From Minisyncoccota bacterium (GTDB taxonomy: Bacteria; Patescibacteriota; Minisyncoccia; UBA6257; GWB1-50-10), in assembly GCA_041664385.1 (NCBI GenBank), contig JBAYKY010000002.1:1-50010 (forward strand): a stretch of DNA of 50,010 nt, in the 5' to 3' direction. This document shows positions 1-7,525 of this stretch, one piece after another. Within the stretch, counting starts at the first letter, position 1; each line of letters begins with the position of its first letter. Both the position numbers and the translations under genes were made by a program. The notes under the pieces were generated by a model that made no database searches, had not been told where the DNA came from, and saw nothing but the letters and a program-made list of their open reading frames with translations.

Positions 1-1137
1 AATTGGGAGGTTCCTGGTATTACCGTAGAATTTAATGAGTATGGAACGGGGGATGATAAATATCGAATGGCGTATGATATCCGTGGCGAACAATTTAGAC
101 TTCATTTTTGTCGCGGTCAGCGCCCATTGTCTGGTGGTAGATTAAATGATATTGCGGCAGTAACCGAGCTTATCACGCCGTATGGCCAGATCAATGTGCA
201 TGAAGATGAATCGGGACCTACTTTCTATCTTTATACGGGAGGAAATTGGGAGCGCGATCGAGAACACTTTATGCATAGTACAAAGGTGAACAGCAGACTT
301 CGCAATGAACCAAAGATGTATCTTCAGTACAGCGGAAGTGCGAGTATTGATGGTGGCTATACCTATAGTGGTCAGCGATCAAAATACCTTGTACATACAA
401 ATGATATAGGACGGCAGTATGATCCTGATGAATTTGAACCGAAATGGTTTTATACCGCAGATACGATGAAAGATTTTCAACTATATTTTGAAAATGTTTT
501 GTCGGGCATTCTTTTGGAGCCGATTCCTAAAGAGAGGATTGATAAATTTATTCCTCCTCCCTTTGTGGCATTTCCTGAATCTATTGGACCACTTTTCTGT
601 TTTGGCGAATATGATGACGCAAAGCGAATCATACAAGGCAAGAAAGATCCAAGCGAGCTCGAACCTTCGGAGCGATATGGACTCATTGGAAATGGATATC
701 GACTTGTACCGCTCGGCGTTCCAAACAAAGGAACATTTCCTGAGATTGCCTACGAGGGATTTCTTTGGTGCGGTATTGGAAAGGTTATCCATGATACTGC
801 AATTGACTCACTTATGGTTCCAGGACACTCGCGCTACTCGGATCGAGAGCAATTTGTAGTGTGTGTAACTCCAAAGAGTGCGGAAGGTATTTATATTGCC
901 GACCACGCCGTATGGGAAAAACGACGAAAAGAAATAATTGAGGCAACTACAAATGAACGCGACCGTTTTACGAATGATGAGGTCTCTGATTTCACTCGTG
1001 CGCGTGGTGCCACTATTATTCCAATTGCTGAATATAAAGGAGGTTATGAACAGCCGATTGTGCTTGTGCATCGTGAACTCTCATTTAATGAGGTGGCAAT
1101 AGTAAGCGGTCCTCACAAGGATAGGTTTGGAAGATAA
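1..1137 (+). CDS. hypothetical protein, 5' end upstream of window
   Basis: Frame 1 is open from nt 1 (NWEVPGITVEF...) into the listed 67..1137 ORF. A hairpin plus T-run follows 12 nt downstream. No family recognised. Confidence 0.6.
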   Translation, partial: NWEVPGITVEFNEYGTGDDKYRMAYDIRGEQFRLHFCRGQRPLSGGRLNDIAAVTELITPYGQINVHEDESGPTFYLYTGGNWERDREHFMHSTKVNSRLRNEPKMYLQYSGSASIDGGYTYSGQRSKYLVHTNDIGRQYDPDEFEPKWFYTADTMKDFQLYFENVLSGILLEPIPKERIDKFIPPPFVAFPESIGPLFCFGEYDDAKRIIQGKKDPSELEPSERYGLIGNGYRLVPLGVPNKGTFPEIAYEGFLWCGIGKVIHDTAIDSLMVPGHSRYSDREQFVVCVTPKSAEGIYIADHAVWEKRRKEIIEATTNERDRFTNDEVSDFTRARGATIIPIAEYKGGYEQPIVLVHRELSFNEVAIVSGPHKDRFGR

Positions 1138-1149
1138 GATATAAAAATG

Positions 1150-1180
1150 CCCCGATACGAATGTGTCGGGGTTTTTGTTT
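1150..1180 (+). terminator. rho-independent terminator
   Basis: CCCCGA(1150-55)/TCGGGG(1166-71) stem followed by TTTTT. Confidence 0.7.
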
Positions 1181-1188
1181 GGTACAAT
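1180..1188 (+). promoter_or_regulatory. extended -10 box TGgTACAAT, 6 nt before ATG 1195
   Basis: TG-n-TACAAT at 1180-88, spacer agagag, ATG at 1195. Confidence 0.45.
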
Positions 1189-1194
1189 AGAGAG

Positions 1195-1506
1195 ATGTTT
1201 AAGGGAGCTACAGGAATAAGTTTCAAAAAAGGAATTTACATTTTTCTCACCGTTCTTCTTGTGGAAATGTGCGGTTTTATTATTCACGAACTGGTCTCTA
1301 TGGAGGTTCTTGCAATGCTTATAAAAAATGGAATGACGGTTCCTTATTTCCATATTGCGGGATTTTTCTATAGCCCCCTTCCTCCCTATGTTTTCTTGAT
1401 ACTTTTTCTTATCGGTATTTTTGGAGGAATTTTCCTTGCATTGCATTGGTGGAGAATGGTGTATATTGAGCATCGCCATTGGTTGAATTGGTATAGGCAT
1501 TATTAG
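1195..1506 (+). CDS. small hydrophobic membrane protein (hypothetical)
   Basis: Internal ATG of ORF 1147..1506; the listed start lies inside the upstream terminator hairpin. Two hydrophobic segments (IYIFLTVLLVEMCGFII, VFLILFLIGIFGGIFLAL). Confidence 0.35.
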   Translation: MFKGATGISFKKGIYIFLTVLLVEMCGFIIHELVSMEVLAMLIKNGMTVPYFHIAGFFYSPLPPYVFLILFLIGIFGGIFLALHWWRMVYIEHRHWLNWYRHY

Positions 1507-1628
1507 GTTTCCAAAAAGAACCACTAGTTAGTGGAGCGTTTAAGAGATAGGTAAAAATCTTGCTCTCGTGCACAAAGTATGTCATGCTCTTTCCAGCACA
1601 TTTAAGACTGTGCTAGAAAGGCTTTATT

Positions 1629-2648
1629 ATGAACACAAAACCAACTCGGCAGTCGCTTATGAAGAAATATTTTACTCCGGAAGTAGAAACTCTTCTTGCG
1701 GACGTGAGAGCACCAAATGGATTTACTGTTTTTGATGCGGTACGTTCTGGTGTAGAAAATCCTGATTCAAGTGTGGGAGTATATGCGGGTAATGAGGAGT
1801 CATATTCATTGTTTGCTCCGCTTTTTAATCCTGTTATCACGGAATATCATAAGTATGATATTGCGGGACTTCACAAGACCGACCTTAATCCAAAACACCT
1901 CGTTGCTGACGCGCTCGACCCCGAAGGTAAGTATATTGTCTCGACACGCATTCGCGTGGGACGGAATCTTAAAGGGTATGCATTTGCGCCTGCAATTTCA
2001 CAACAAGATAGACTTGAAGTAGAGTCGAAAATTGTTGAGGCGTTGAAGTGTCTCGAAGGTGATTTAAGTGGAGTATATTATCCTCTTGCGACTATGGATG
2101 AGGAGACGCGACTTCAGCTTGTGAGCGATCATTTTCTTTTTAAGAAGGGAGATCGATTTCTTGAATCTGCGGGAGCAAACCGAAATTGGCCTGAAGCGCG
2201 TGGCATTTTTCATTCTGCGGACAAGCGATTTCTCGTTTGGGTAAACGAAGAAGATCAACTTCGTATCATCTCAATGCAACCAGGTGGTGGTCTTCAGGAA
2301 GTGTTTACACGTCTTGCGCGCGCAATTACTTCTCTTGAGAAGAAACTTACCTTCGCATCTACGGAGCATCTTGGGTATCTTTCAAGTTGTCCTACTAACC
2401 TTGGAACTGCGATGCGGGCGAGTGTTCACATTAAGCTTCCAAAACTTGCCGAGAATGAAGATGCGCTTAAGGAGGTATGTGCACCACTGAATCTTTCGGT
2501 ACGAGGTGTTGATGGCGAACATTCTGAATCAAAAGGCGGAATATATGATATTTCAAATAAACAACGTCTCGGTCTTTCAGAAGTCGATGCGGTTAATATT
2601 CTTGCACAAGGTGTGCGTGAATTAATTGCACGAGAAGAGAACGCATAA
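1629..2648 (+). CDS. arginine kinase-type phosphagen kinase (ATP:guanidino phosphotransferase, with N-terminal domain)
   Basis: Collinear with metazoan arginine kinases: SGVENPDSSVGVYAG, YYPLATM, DHFLFKKGDRFL, FLVWVNEEDQLRIISMQ, active-site CPTNLGTAMRASVHIKLP, ISNKQRLGLSE. Confidence 0.9.
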   Translation: MNTKPTRQSLMKKYFTPEVETLLADVRAPNGFTVFDAVRSGVENPDSSVGVYAGNEESYSLFAPLFNPVITEYHKYDIAGLHKTDLNPKHLVADALDPEGKYIVSTRIRVGRNLKGYAFAPAISQQDRLEVESKIVEALKCLEGDLSGVYYPLATMDEETRLQLVSDHFLFKKGDRFLESAGANRNWPEARGIFHSADKRFLVWVNEEDQLRIISMQPGGGLQEVFTRLARAITSLEKKLTFASTEHLGYLSSCPTNLGTAMRASVHIKLPKLAENEDALKEVCAPLNLSVRGVDGEHSESKGGIYDISNKQRLGLSEVDAVNILAQGVRELIAREENA

Positions 2649-2660
2649 ATTCCATTTTAT

Positions 2661-2695
2661 AAATCCACAGGCTTTATGTCTGTGGATTTTTTATT
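2661..2695 (+). terminator. rho-independent terminator
   Basis: AAATCCACAG(2661-70)/CTGTGGATTT(2680-89) then T-run. Confidence 0.8.
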
Positions 2696-2726
2696 TGTGC
2701 ATATTGCTCTCTATTGAAAAAAATAT

Positions 2727-2735
2727 TGTTATAAT
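2727..2735 (+). promoter_or_regulatory. extended -10 box TGtTATAAT, 6 nt before ATG 2742
   Basis: TG-n-TATAAT at 2727-35, spacer aactat, ATG at 2742. Confidence 0.45.
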
Positions 2736-2741
2736 AACTAT

Positions 2742-3068
2742 ATGGAATCGATTGTTCAAAAGAGATGCCTAAAGTGCAATACTGAGGTTTCCGACGATGC
2801 TTATTTTTGCCTTCATTGCGGAGAATCTTTAAGAGATAAAGAAATAGATACTTCTGTACTAAAACAGGTCCGCATTTATTTAGTGAGTTTTTTTCTTGCT
2901 CCTTTTGGTATTGGGTACGCAATTAAATATTTAAAACAACGAGAAGAAAAACCAAAGATAATAGGAGTTGTTGCATTACTTCTTACTATTCTCGCTATTC
3001 TGACGGTGGTATATATTACTCAAAAGGTTTTTGAACAATATAGCCAACTTGATTTAATAGGCCTCTAA
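2742..3068 (+). CDS. zinc-ribbon domain membrane protein
   Basis: CLKC..x13..CLHC zinc ribbon at the N-terminus, followed by two hydrophobic helices. Confidence 0.6.
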   Translation: MESIVQKRCLKCNTEVSDDAYFCLHCGESLRDKEIDTSVLKQVRIYLVSFFLAPFGIGYAIKYLKQREEKPKIIGVVALLLTILAILTVVYITQKVFEQYSQLDLIGL

Positions 3069-3231
3069 AAGCCCTTATCAGGCATCAAAAAGTGGTACTT
3101 GACAAATTAGTTTTTATATGCGAGTATAGATGTGTAAGTTGGTTCTCTAATAAAAATTTCGTCGAGCTTATTTTAGGAAGCCAGGCTTTAGGATTAAACC
3201 TTAAAACACACAAAAAATTAACTTTATCACC

Positions 3232-3429
3232 ATGGAAGGAACAATTAAGAATCTTACAGACAAAGGATTCGGATTTATTACTATCGAAGGGGAAGCGAAG
3301 GATTTATTTTTTCACAGCAATGAACTCGTAGGCGTAGCCTTCGAAGATCTCAAGCGCGGTGACAAGGTAACTTTCGAAAAGGAGGAATCTCCGAAAGGAC
3401 CTAACGCAGTAAAAGTATCCCGAGTTTAA
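3232..3429 (+). CDS. csp: cold-shock domain protein
   Basis: 65 aa with the RNP motifs KGFGFI and LFFHSN typical of the CspA family. Confidence 0.95.
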   Translation: MEGTIKNLTDKGFGFITIEGEAKDLFFHSNELVGVAFEDLKRGDKVTFEKEESPKGPNAVKVSRV

Positions 3430-3440
3430 GACTAGGATAT

Positions 3441-3475
3441 AAAATACCCTCGCATGATACGAGGGTATTTTATTT
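3441..3475 (+). terminator. rho-independent terminator
   Basis: AAAATACCCTCG/CGAGGGTATTTT stem then T-run. Confidence 0.8.
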
Positions 3476-3507
3476 GGATAAAAGCGATGACTATTTATGC
3501 AGGGTAG

Positions 3508-3541
3508 GAAAAAATAAAAACAGTCGCAGATAGCGCGACTG
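3508..3541 (-). terminator. rho-independent terminator for the minus-strand nuclease gene
   Basis: CAGTCGC(3521-27)/GCGACTG(3535-41). The A-run at 3511-20 is a T-run on the minus strand. Confidence 0.65.
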
Positions 3542-3546
3542 TCGTG

Positions 3547-4101
3547 TTATTTTCCAGCATCACCCGATATTTTCTTGATCTCATCTCGAAGTGCCGCAGC
3601 TTTTTCATACTCCTCTTTTTCAATAGCATTTTTCAAGTCTTTCTGAAGACGCTCAAGAGGACTCAATGTCTCACCTGGTGAGGTGTCTTCTTTTTCATCG
3701 GCGAGAGAATCAGGATCTTCTACAAGAATCTTTTCTGAAGCAAACATAGGAACTTGGAAATAAAGAGCTAGAAAAATAGCATCACTTGGGCGGGCGCGAA
3801 TTTTTCCACGATTAGTAAGAATAGATGCAGAAAGTATATCGCCCTCTTTCCAGGGTGTGATTGTTATTTCTTTTACTTTTCCTCCAAAACGGATCATGAG
3901 TGTTGCGGCAAGTTCATGAATAAAAAGATGCTCAGACCTCGTTCTTGAAAGAAGGGTTTTGATTGCAAAAATTCCATACGAATCCGTCATGATACAGAGA
4001 AATCGATCCCCGAAACGTTCTCCTAAGATAATCATACCTTCTTTTTCAGGAGACTCCTCGTTTATCGCCAACTCTGAAAGAACCACTTCTATTTTTTTCA
4101 T
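3547..4101 (-). CDS. bifunctional nuclease (DUF151/BFN) family protein with C-terminal UVR motif
   Basis: BFN-like core, C-terminal EKEEYEKAAALRDEIKKI (UvrB/C-type UVR), AAGGAG Shine-Dalgarno upstream. Confidence 0.75.
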   Translation of the reverse strand: MKKIEVVLSELAINEESPEKEGMIILGERFGDRFLCIMTDSYGIFAIKTLLSRTRSEHLFIHELAATLMIRFGGKVKEITITPWKEGDILSASILTNRGKIRARPSDAIFLALYFQVPMFASEKILVEDPDSLADEKEDTSPGETLSPLERLQKDLKNAIEKEEYEKAAALRDEIKKISGDAGK

Positions 4102-4187
4102 AGAGGCACTCCTTTCTTGTGAGAATTATTAGTGTTCTAGAATTACAATAAGCTGGAATAAGAGGCGCGTCAACAGCGCACTTTTTA

Positions 4188-4196
4188 TGGTACTAT
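4188..4196 (+). promoter_or_regulatory. extended -10 box TGgTACTAT, 6 nt before ATG 4203
   Basis: TG-n-TACTAT at 4188-96, spacer cattgt, ATG at 4203. Confidence 0.45.
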
Positions 4197-4202
4197 CATT
4201 GT

Positions 4203-4985
4203 ATGAAACTCGTGTGTCTTAATGCATGGGAAGGAAAACGATTTGACGCTCTTGCTCAGTTTATTAGTAAAATGTCTCAAGAAACAGACTTTTTTTGTTT
4301 TCAGGAGGTTTCACGAGCAGGCTACATTAAGCAGGAAAATCCTCATTTTCGTTTGAATCTTTTAGATGACTTTTCTAGACTCCTTCCGGAGTTCCATTTT
4401 TCATTCGCTCCTATGCTCTCCGCAAATAATTTTGCAAAGGGTTTTGCAACTAATGTTTCAATAGGGAATGCTATTTTTTCAAAAAAGAAATTCGAAGTTA
4501 TTGATGAGGGAAATTTTTATCCATTCGGTTTTTCATACGAATTTCTTGAAAAAGACCCGCATAAGGTAAGTATGTTGCAACACATGAAGCTACGCATTGC
4601 GGATAAAATGCTTACACTTGTAAACGTGCATGGCATTGCGCGGTGGCCCAAGATTGATACCCCTGAACGCATGGAACAATTGAGGAGTATTGAGCACTTT
4701 CTTTTAAAAGCAAGCGCCCCCGTAATTCTTTGTGGTGATCTCAATCTTTTTTCAAATACTGAAAGCATCAAAGCCCTTGGAAAAAATATGAAGAATCTTA
4801 CTGAAGAGTTTTCTATTTTGACTACAAGGAGTGCTATCGCGCGTGAACAGTTTAGTGCGCAAATTGATAAAGATACTATTTCTGATTATGTATTTATGTC
4901 GCCTGATATCAAAGTTCAATCGTTTATTGTTCCAGAAATGGAAATTTCGGACCACCTGCCTCTTGTTGCCACTTTTTCTTTATAG
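4203..4985 (+). CDS. endonuclease/exonuclease/phosphatase (EEP) family protein
   Basis: N-terminal CLNAWEG..FCFQEV, GDLN, and the C-terminal SDHLPLVATF motif typical of the EEP fold. Confidence 0.8.
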   Translation: MKLVCLNAWEGKRFDALAQFISKMSQETDFFCFQEVSRAGYIKQENPHFRLNLLDDFSRLLPEFHFSFAPMLSANNFAKGFATNVSIGNAIFSKKKFEVIDEGNFYPFGFSYEFLEKDPHKVSMLQHMKLRIADKMLTLVNVHGIARWPKIDTPERMEQLRSIEHFLLKASAPVILCGDLNLFSNTESIKALGKNMKNLTEEFSILTTRSAIAREQFSAQIDKDTISDYVFMSPDIKVQSFIVPEMEISDHLPLVATFSL

Positions 4986-5031
4986 AAGAAAAGGGCAGTT
5001 GAGTAAGACGCTTTTGCATTTGTCTTGTTCT

Positions 5032-5040
5032 TGATACAAT
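5032..5040 (+). promoter_or_regulatory. extended -10 box TGaTACAAT, 6 nt before ATG 5047
   Basis: TG-n-TACAAT at 5032-40, spacer gagcga, ATG at 5047. Confidence 0.45.
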
Positions 5041-5046
5041 GAGCGA

Positions 5047-5460
5047 ATGAAACTATCACAATCTAATCTTCTCCATATCGGACTCGGTGTTATTCGTATT
5101 GCGGTTGGTGCGGTATTTCTCTATCATGGCGTTATAAAGGCTCTTATGATGAGTCAGACCGTTGGTTTTATGGGGAGCCTTGGAATTTCTGCTTTTCTTA
5201 CATATTGTGTGGCCGGAAGTGAGATTATTGGTGGTCTCTTGCTTGTAATGGGACTTTTTGAGCGATATGCGGCGGGCGCACTTTCGGTTGTTATGGTGGG
5301 GGCAATGTTTCTTGTGACAAGGCAAGGTTTTCCCGAATACGAATTTATACTTTTTATAATACTTCTTGGACTTATTATTTCGGGGGCAGGACAATATCGT
5401 ATTTCATGCAGGTGTGGTATGTGCAGCCACTGTAAGGGAAAGGAGGGAGAGATAAAATAA
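5047..5460 (+). CDS. DoxX family membrane protein
   Basis: GLGVIRIAVGAVFLYHGVIK and a four-helix hydrophobic pattern typical of DoxX. Confidence 0.7.
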   Translation: MKLSQSNLLHIGLGVIRIAVGAVFLYHGVIKALMMSQTVGFMGSLGISAFLTYCVAGSEIIGGLLLVMGLFERYAAGALSVVMVGAMFLVTRQGFPEYEFILFIILLGLIISGAGQYRISCRCGMCSHCKGKEGEIK

Positions 5461-5476
5461 TTAATTTAAGATAGAA

Positions 5477-5506
5477 AACAGCTCCGCATTGTGCGGAGTT
5501 GTTTGT
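5477..5506 (+). terminator. rho-independent terminator
   Basis: CTCCGCA(5482-88)/TGCGGAG(5492-98) then a T-rich run. Confidence 0.7.
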
Positions 5507-5601
5507 AGCGGGGAGTGTTTATGAAAGAAAAGTGCACGTCCCACGTATTATAAATAGACAGACAACAGAAAAGGTCGAATAAGGAATAGAAATAGATATC
5601 T

Positions 5602-6012
5602 ATGAAAAAAATCATTATTTCGGCGGTTCTTTCCTCAATTGCACTTACGGGAGTTGCGTTTGCACAAACAACTCCGGTACAGCCTACTGAGGTAATCGCC
5701 CCAGGGACAAGCGTATCATCTGTAGAAATGCAGGTTAAGGCGCTTCGTACTGAAATGGAGTCAAAAATTAAAGCGATTCGTGATGAGTATGGACAGAAAA
5801 TAGCCGCACTTCGTGGCGCGGCAAAGACTGCCGAGCAAGCAGCGCTTGCACAAAAGAAACAAGAGCGCGCTCAAGCAGCAAAGGAGTTGAAAGCAAAGAA
5901 AGAAGCTGACCGCACCGCTCTTCAGGAGAAAAGGAAACAGGAACGCGCGGCCGCACAAGAAAAGAGAAAAACTCGAACCTCTGCGACAAGTACTCCTGTA
6001 GTAAATCCTTAA
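5602..6012 (+). CDS. secreted Ala/Lys/Glu-rich coiled-coil protein (hypothetical)
   Basis: Signal peptide MKKIIISAVLSSIALTGVAFA, then low-complexity AKE-rich sequence. Confidence 0.6.
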   Translation: MKKIIISAVLSSIALTGVAFAQTTPVQPTEVIAPGTSVSSVEMQVKALRTEMESKIKAIRDEYGQKIAALRGAAKTAEQAALAQKKQERAQAAKELKAKKEADRTALQEKRKQERAAAQEKRKTRTSATSTPVVNP

Positions 6013-6020
6013 TTATGAAA

Positions 6021-6061
6021 ACATATACAAAGTCGGCCTTTATGGCCGATTTTGTATATGT
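6021..6061. terminator. long hairpin, probable terminator
   Basis: ACATATACAAAGTCGGCC...GGCCGATTTTGTATATGT inverted repeat. Confidence 0.6.
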
Positions 6062-6087
6062 AGGAAATAATAACTTCTAATGATAAA

Positions 6088-6789
6088 ATGAAATTGATGA
6101 AAAAAGTCGCAATATTCGATATTGACGGAACCATCTTTCGTTCAAGTTTACTTATTGAAGTTACGGAAGCACTTATTCAGGCGGGTATTTTTCCATCACA
6201 CGCAAAGAAGTTATATCACGATGCGTATCGAAATTGGCTTGATCGTAAGGATACCTATCATAAATATATCTGGGGTGTTATTGAAGCATTTGATACGCAT
6301 ATACAAGGAGTAGATCATGATATATTCCAAAAAATTGCCGAAGATGTAGTTTCATTTCATCAAAATCGTGTATATCGATATACACGAGATCTCGTGAAGG
6401 AGCTTAGAAAAAAGAACTATCATATTATTGCAATTTCAAATTCACCAAAAGAACTTGTTGATGCATTTTGTCGCGCCTATGGATTCGACAAATCATACGG
6501 ACGCATCTATGAGGTGAATAAGAAAGGGAAATTCACCGGTGGGGTTCTTCATCTCGATCTGGTGAGTGATAAAGCAAAGCTTTTGAGACACGCAGCCACA
6601 CGAGAAGGCTTTTCTTTAAAGGGTTCAGTGGGAGTAGGTGATTCAGAAGCTGATATTCCATTTCTCAAACTAGTAGAAAGACCTATTTGTTTTAATCCAA
6701 ATGGGAAATTATATCGGTATGCGCGACGCGTGCGATGGGAAGTAGCGGTGGAGCGAAAAGATGTTATTTATCATCTCCATCAAGCGTAG
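6088..6789 (+). CDS. HAD-IB family hydrolase (phosphoserine phosphatase-like)
   Basis: DIDGTIF motif I, ISNSP, GVGDSEADIP. The true start may be ATG 6097 (MKKVAIFDIDG), 7 nt after TGaTAAAAT at 6081-89. Confidence 0.8.
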   Translation: MKLMKKVAIFDIDGTIFRSSLLIEVTEALIQAGIFPSHAKKLYHDAYRNWLDRKDTYHKYIWGVIEAFDTHIQGVDHDIFQKIAEDVVSFHQNRVYRYTRDLVKELRKKNYHIIAISNSPKELVDAFCRAYGFDKSYGRIYEVNKKGKFTGGVLHLDLVSDKAKLLRHAATREGFSLKGSVGVGDSEADIPFLKLVERPICFNPNGKLYRYARRVRWEVAVERKDVIYHLHQA

Positions 6790-6849
6790 AAAAGAGGAAA
6801 AACTTATGCACTGTTGCGAATATTCGCAACTCCTATACTAAAAGTATAG

Positions 6850-7512
6850 ATGGCACAGAGCTTTTACATAGACCGAGAAGACGCCGCTACGAAGCTTATC
6901 CCATTTCTTGAAAAGTATTATGGCGATCACACCACTGTTGTATTGGGGTTACCAAGAGGTGGTGTAGTATTAGCTTCAACAATTGCAAAGGTGCTTGCGC
7001 TTCCACTTGATACAGTGATAGTAAAAAAAATAAATGCTCCTGCAAACGAAGAATTTGCTATCGGGGCAGTAACTGAAGACAATGAAGAATTTTTTGACTG
7101 GACTGCCACAGAAGATATTTGTGGTTCTGAAAAATATATACGTGACAGCACTGAACAGAAATACAAAGAAGCAAGAGCACTCGCACTTCAGTATCGCGGG
7201 ATTCGTTCGGTAGAAAATTTAAGTAATAAGGTAGCTATTCTTGTTGATGATGGCATTTCAACCGGCTCGACAATGCGCGCTGCCATCCGTTCTACAAAAA
7301 AAAGAGGTGCAAAAAAGGTAGTTGTTGCAGTTCCTGTAGCACCCACAGAGGCTTTATTACATATTCGTAATGAGGTTGATGAAGTTGTTTGTCCTCATAC
7401 CCTTGGTTTTTTTCTTTCTGAAGAGAATTTTTATGAGTATTTTCCTCGGGTTGAGGATAAGGAAGTATCTATTCTACTCGCGCGAGCTAATGTCACTGAA
7501 CAACGTTTATAA
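6850..7512 (+). CDS. phosphoribosyltransferase family protein
   Basis: PRPP-binding loop AILVDDGISTGSTMRAA. Confidence 0.8.
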   Translation: MAQSFYIDREDAATKLIPFLEKYYGDHTTVVLGLPRGGVVLASTIAKVLALPLDTVIVKKINAPANEEFAIGAVTEDNEEFFDWTATEDICGSEKYIRDSTEQKYKEARALALQYRGIRSVENLSNKVAILVDDGISTGSTMRAAIRSTKKRGAKKVVVAVPVAPTEALLHIRNEVDEVVCPHTLGFFLSEENFYEYFPRVEDKEVSILLARANVTEQRL

Positions 7513-7525
7513 TATATAATTTTGT

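Noticed and set aside
1081-1524. 147-aa minus-strand ORF
   Set aside because: It overlaps the end of the upstream + strand CDS and lies antisense to its terminator. Low-complexity basic composition and no start context.
1629-2648. McsB-type protein arginine kinase
   Set aside because: McsB lacks the N-terminal phosphagen-kinase domain, and no mcsA, clpC or ctsR genes are nearby. The sequence is collinear with true arginine kinases.
3092-3331. 79-aa ORF upstream of and overlapping csp
   Set aside because: It lies in the csp 5' leader and overlaps the unmistakable cold-shock CDS in another frame.
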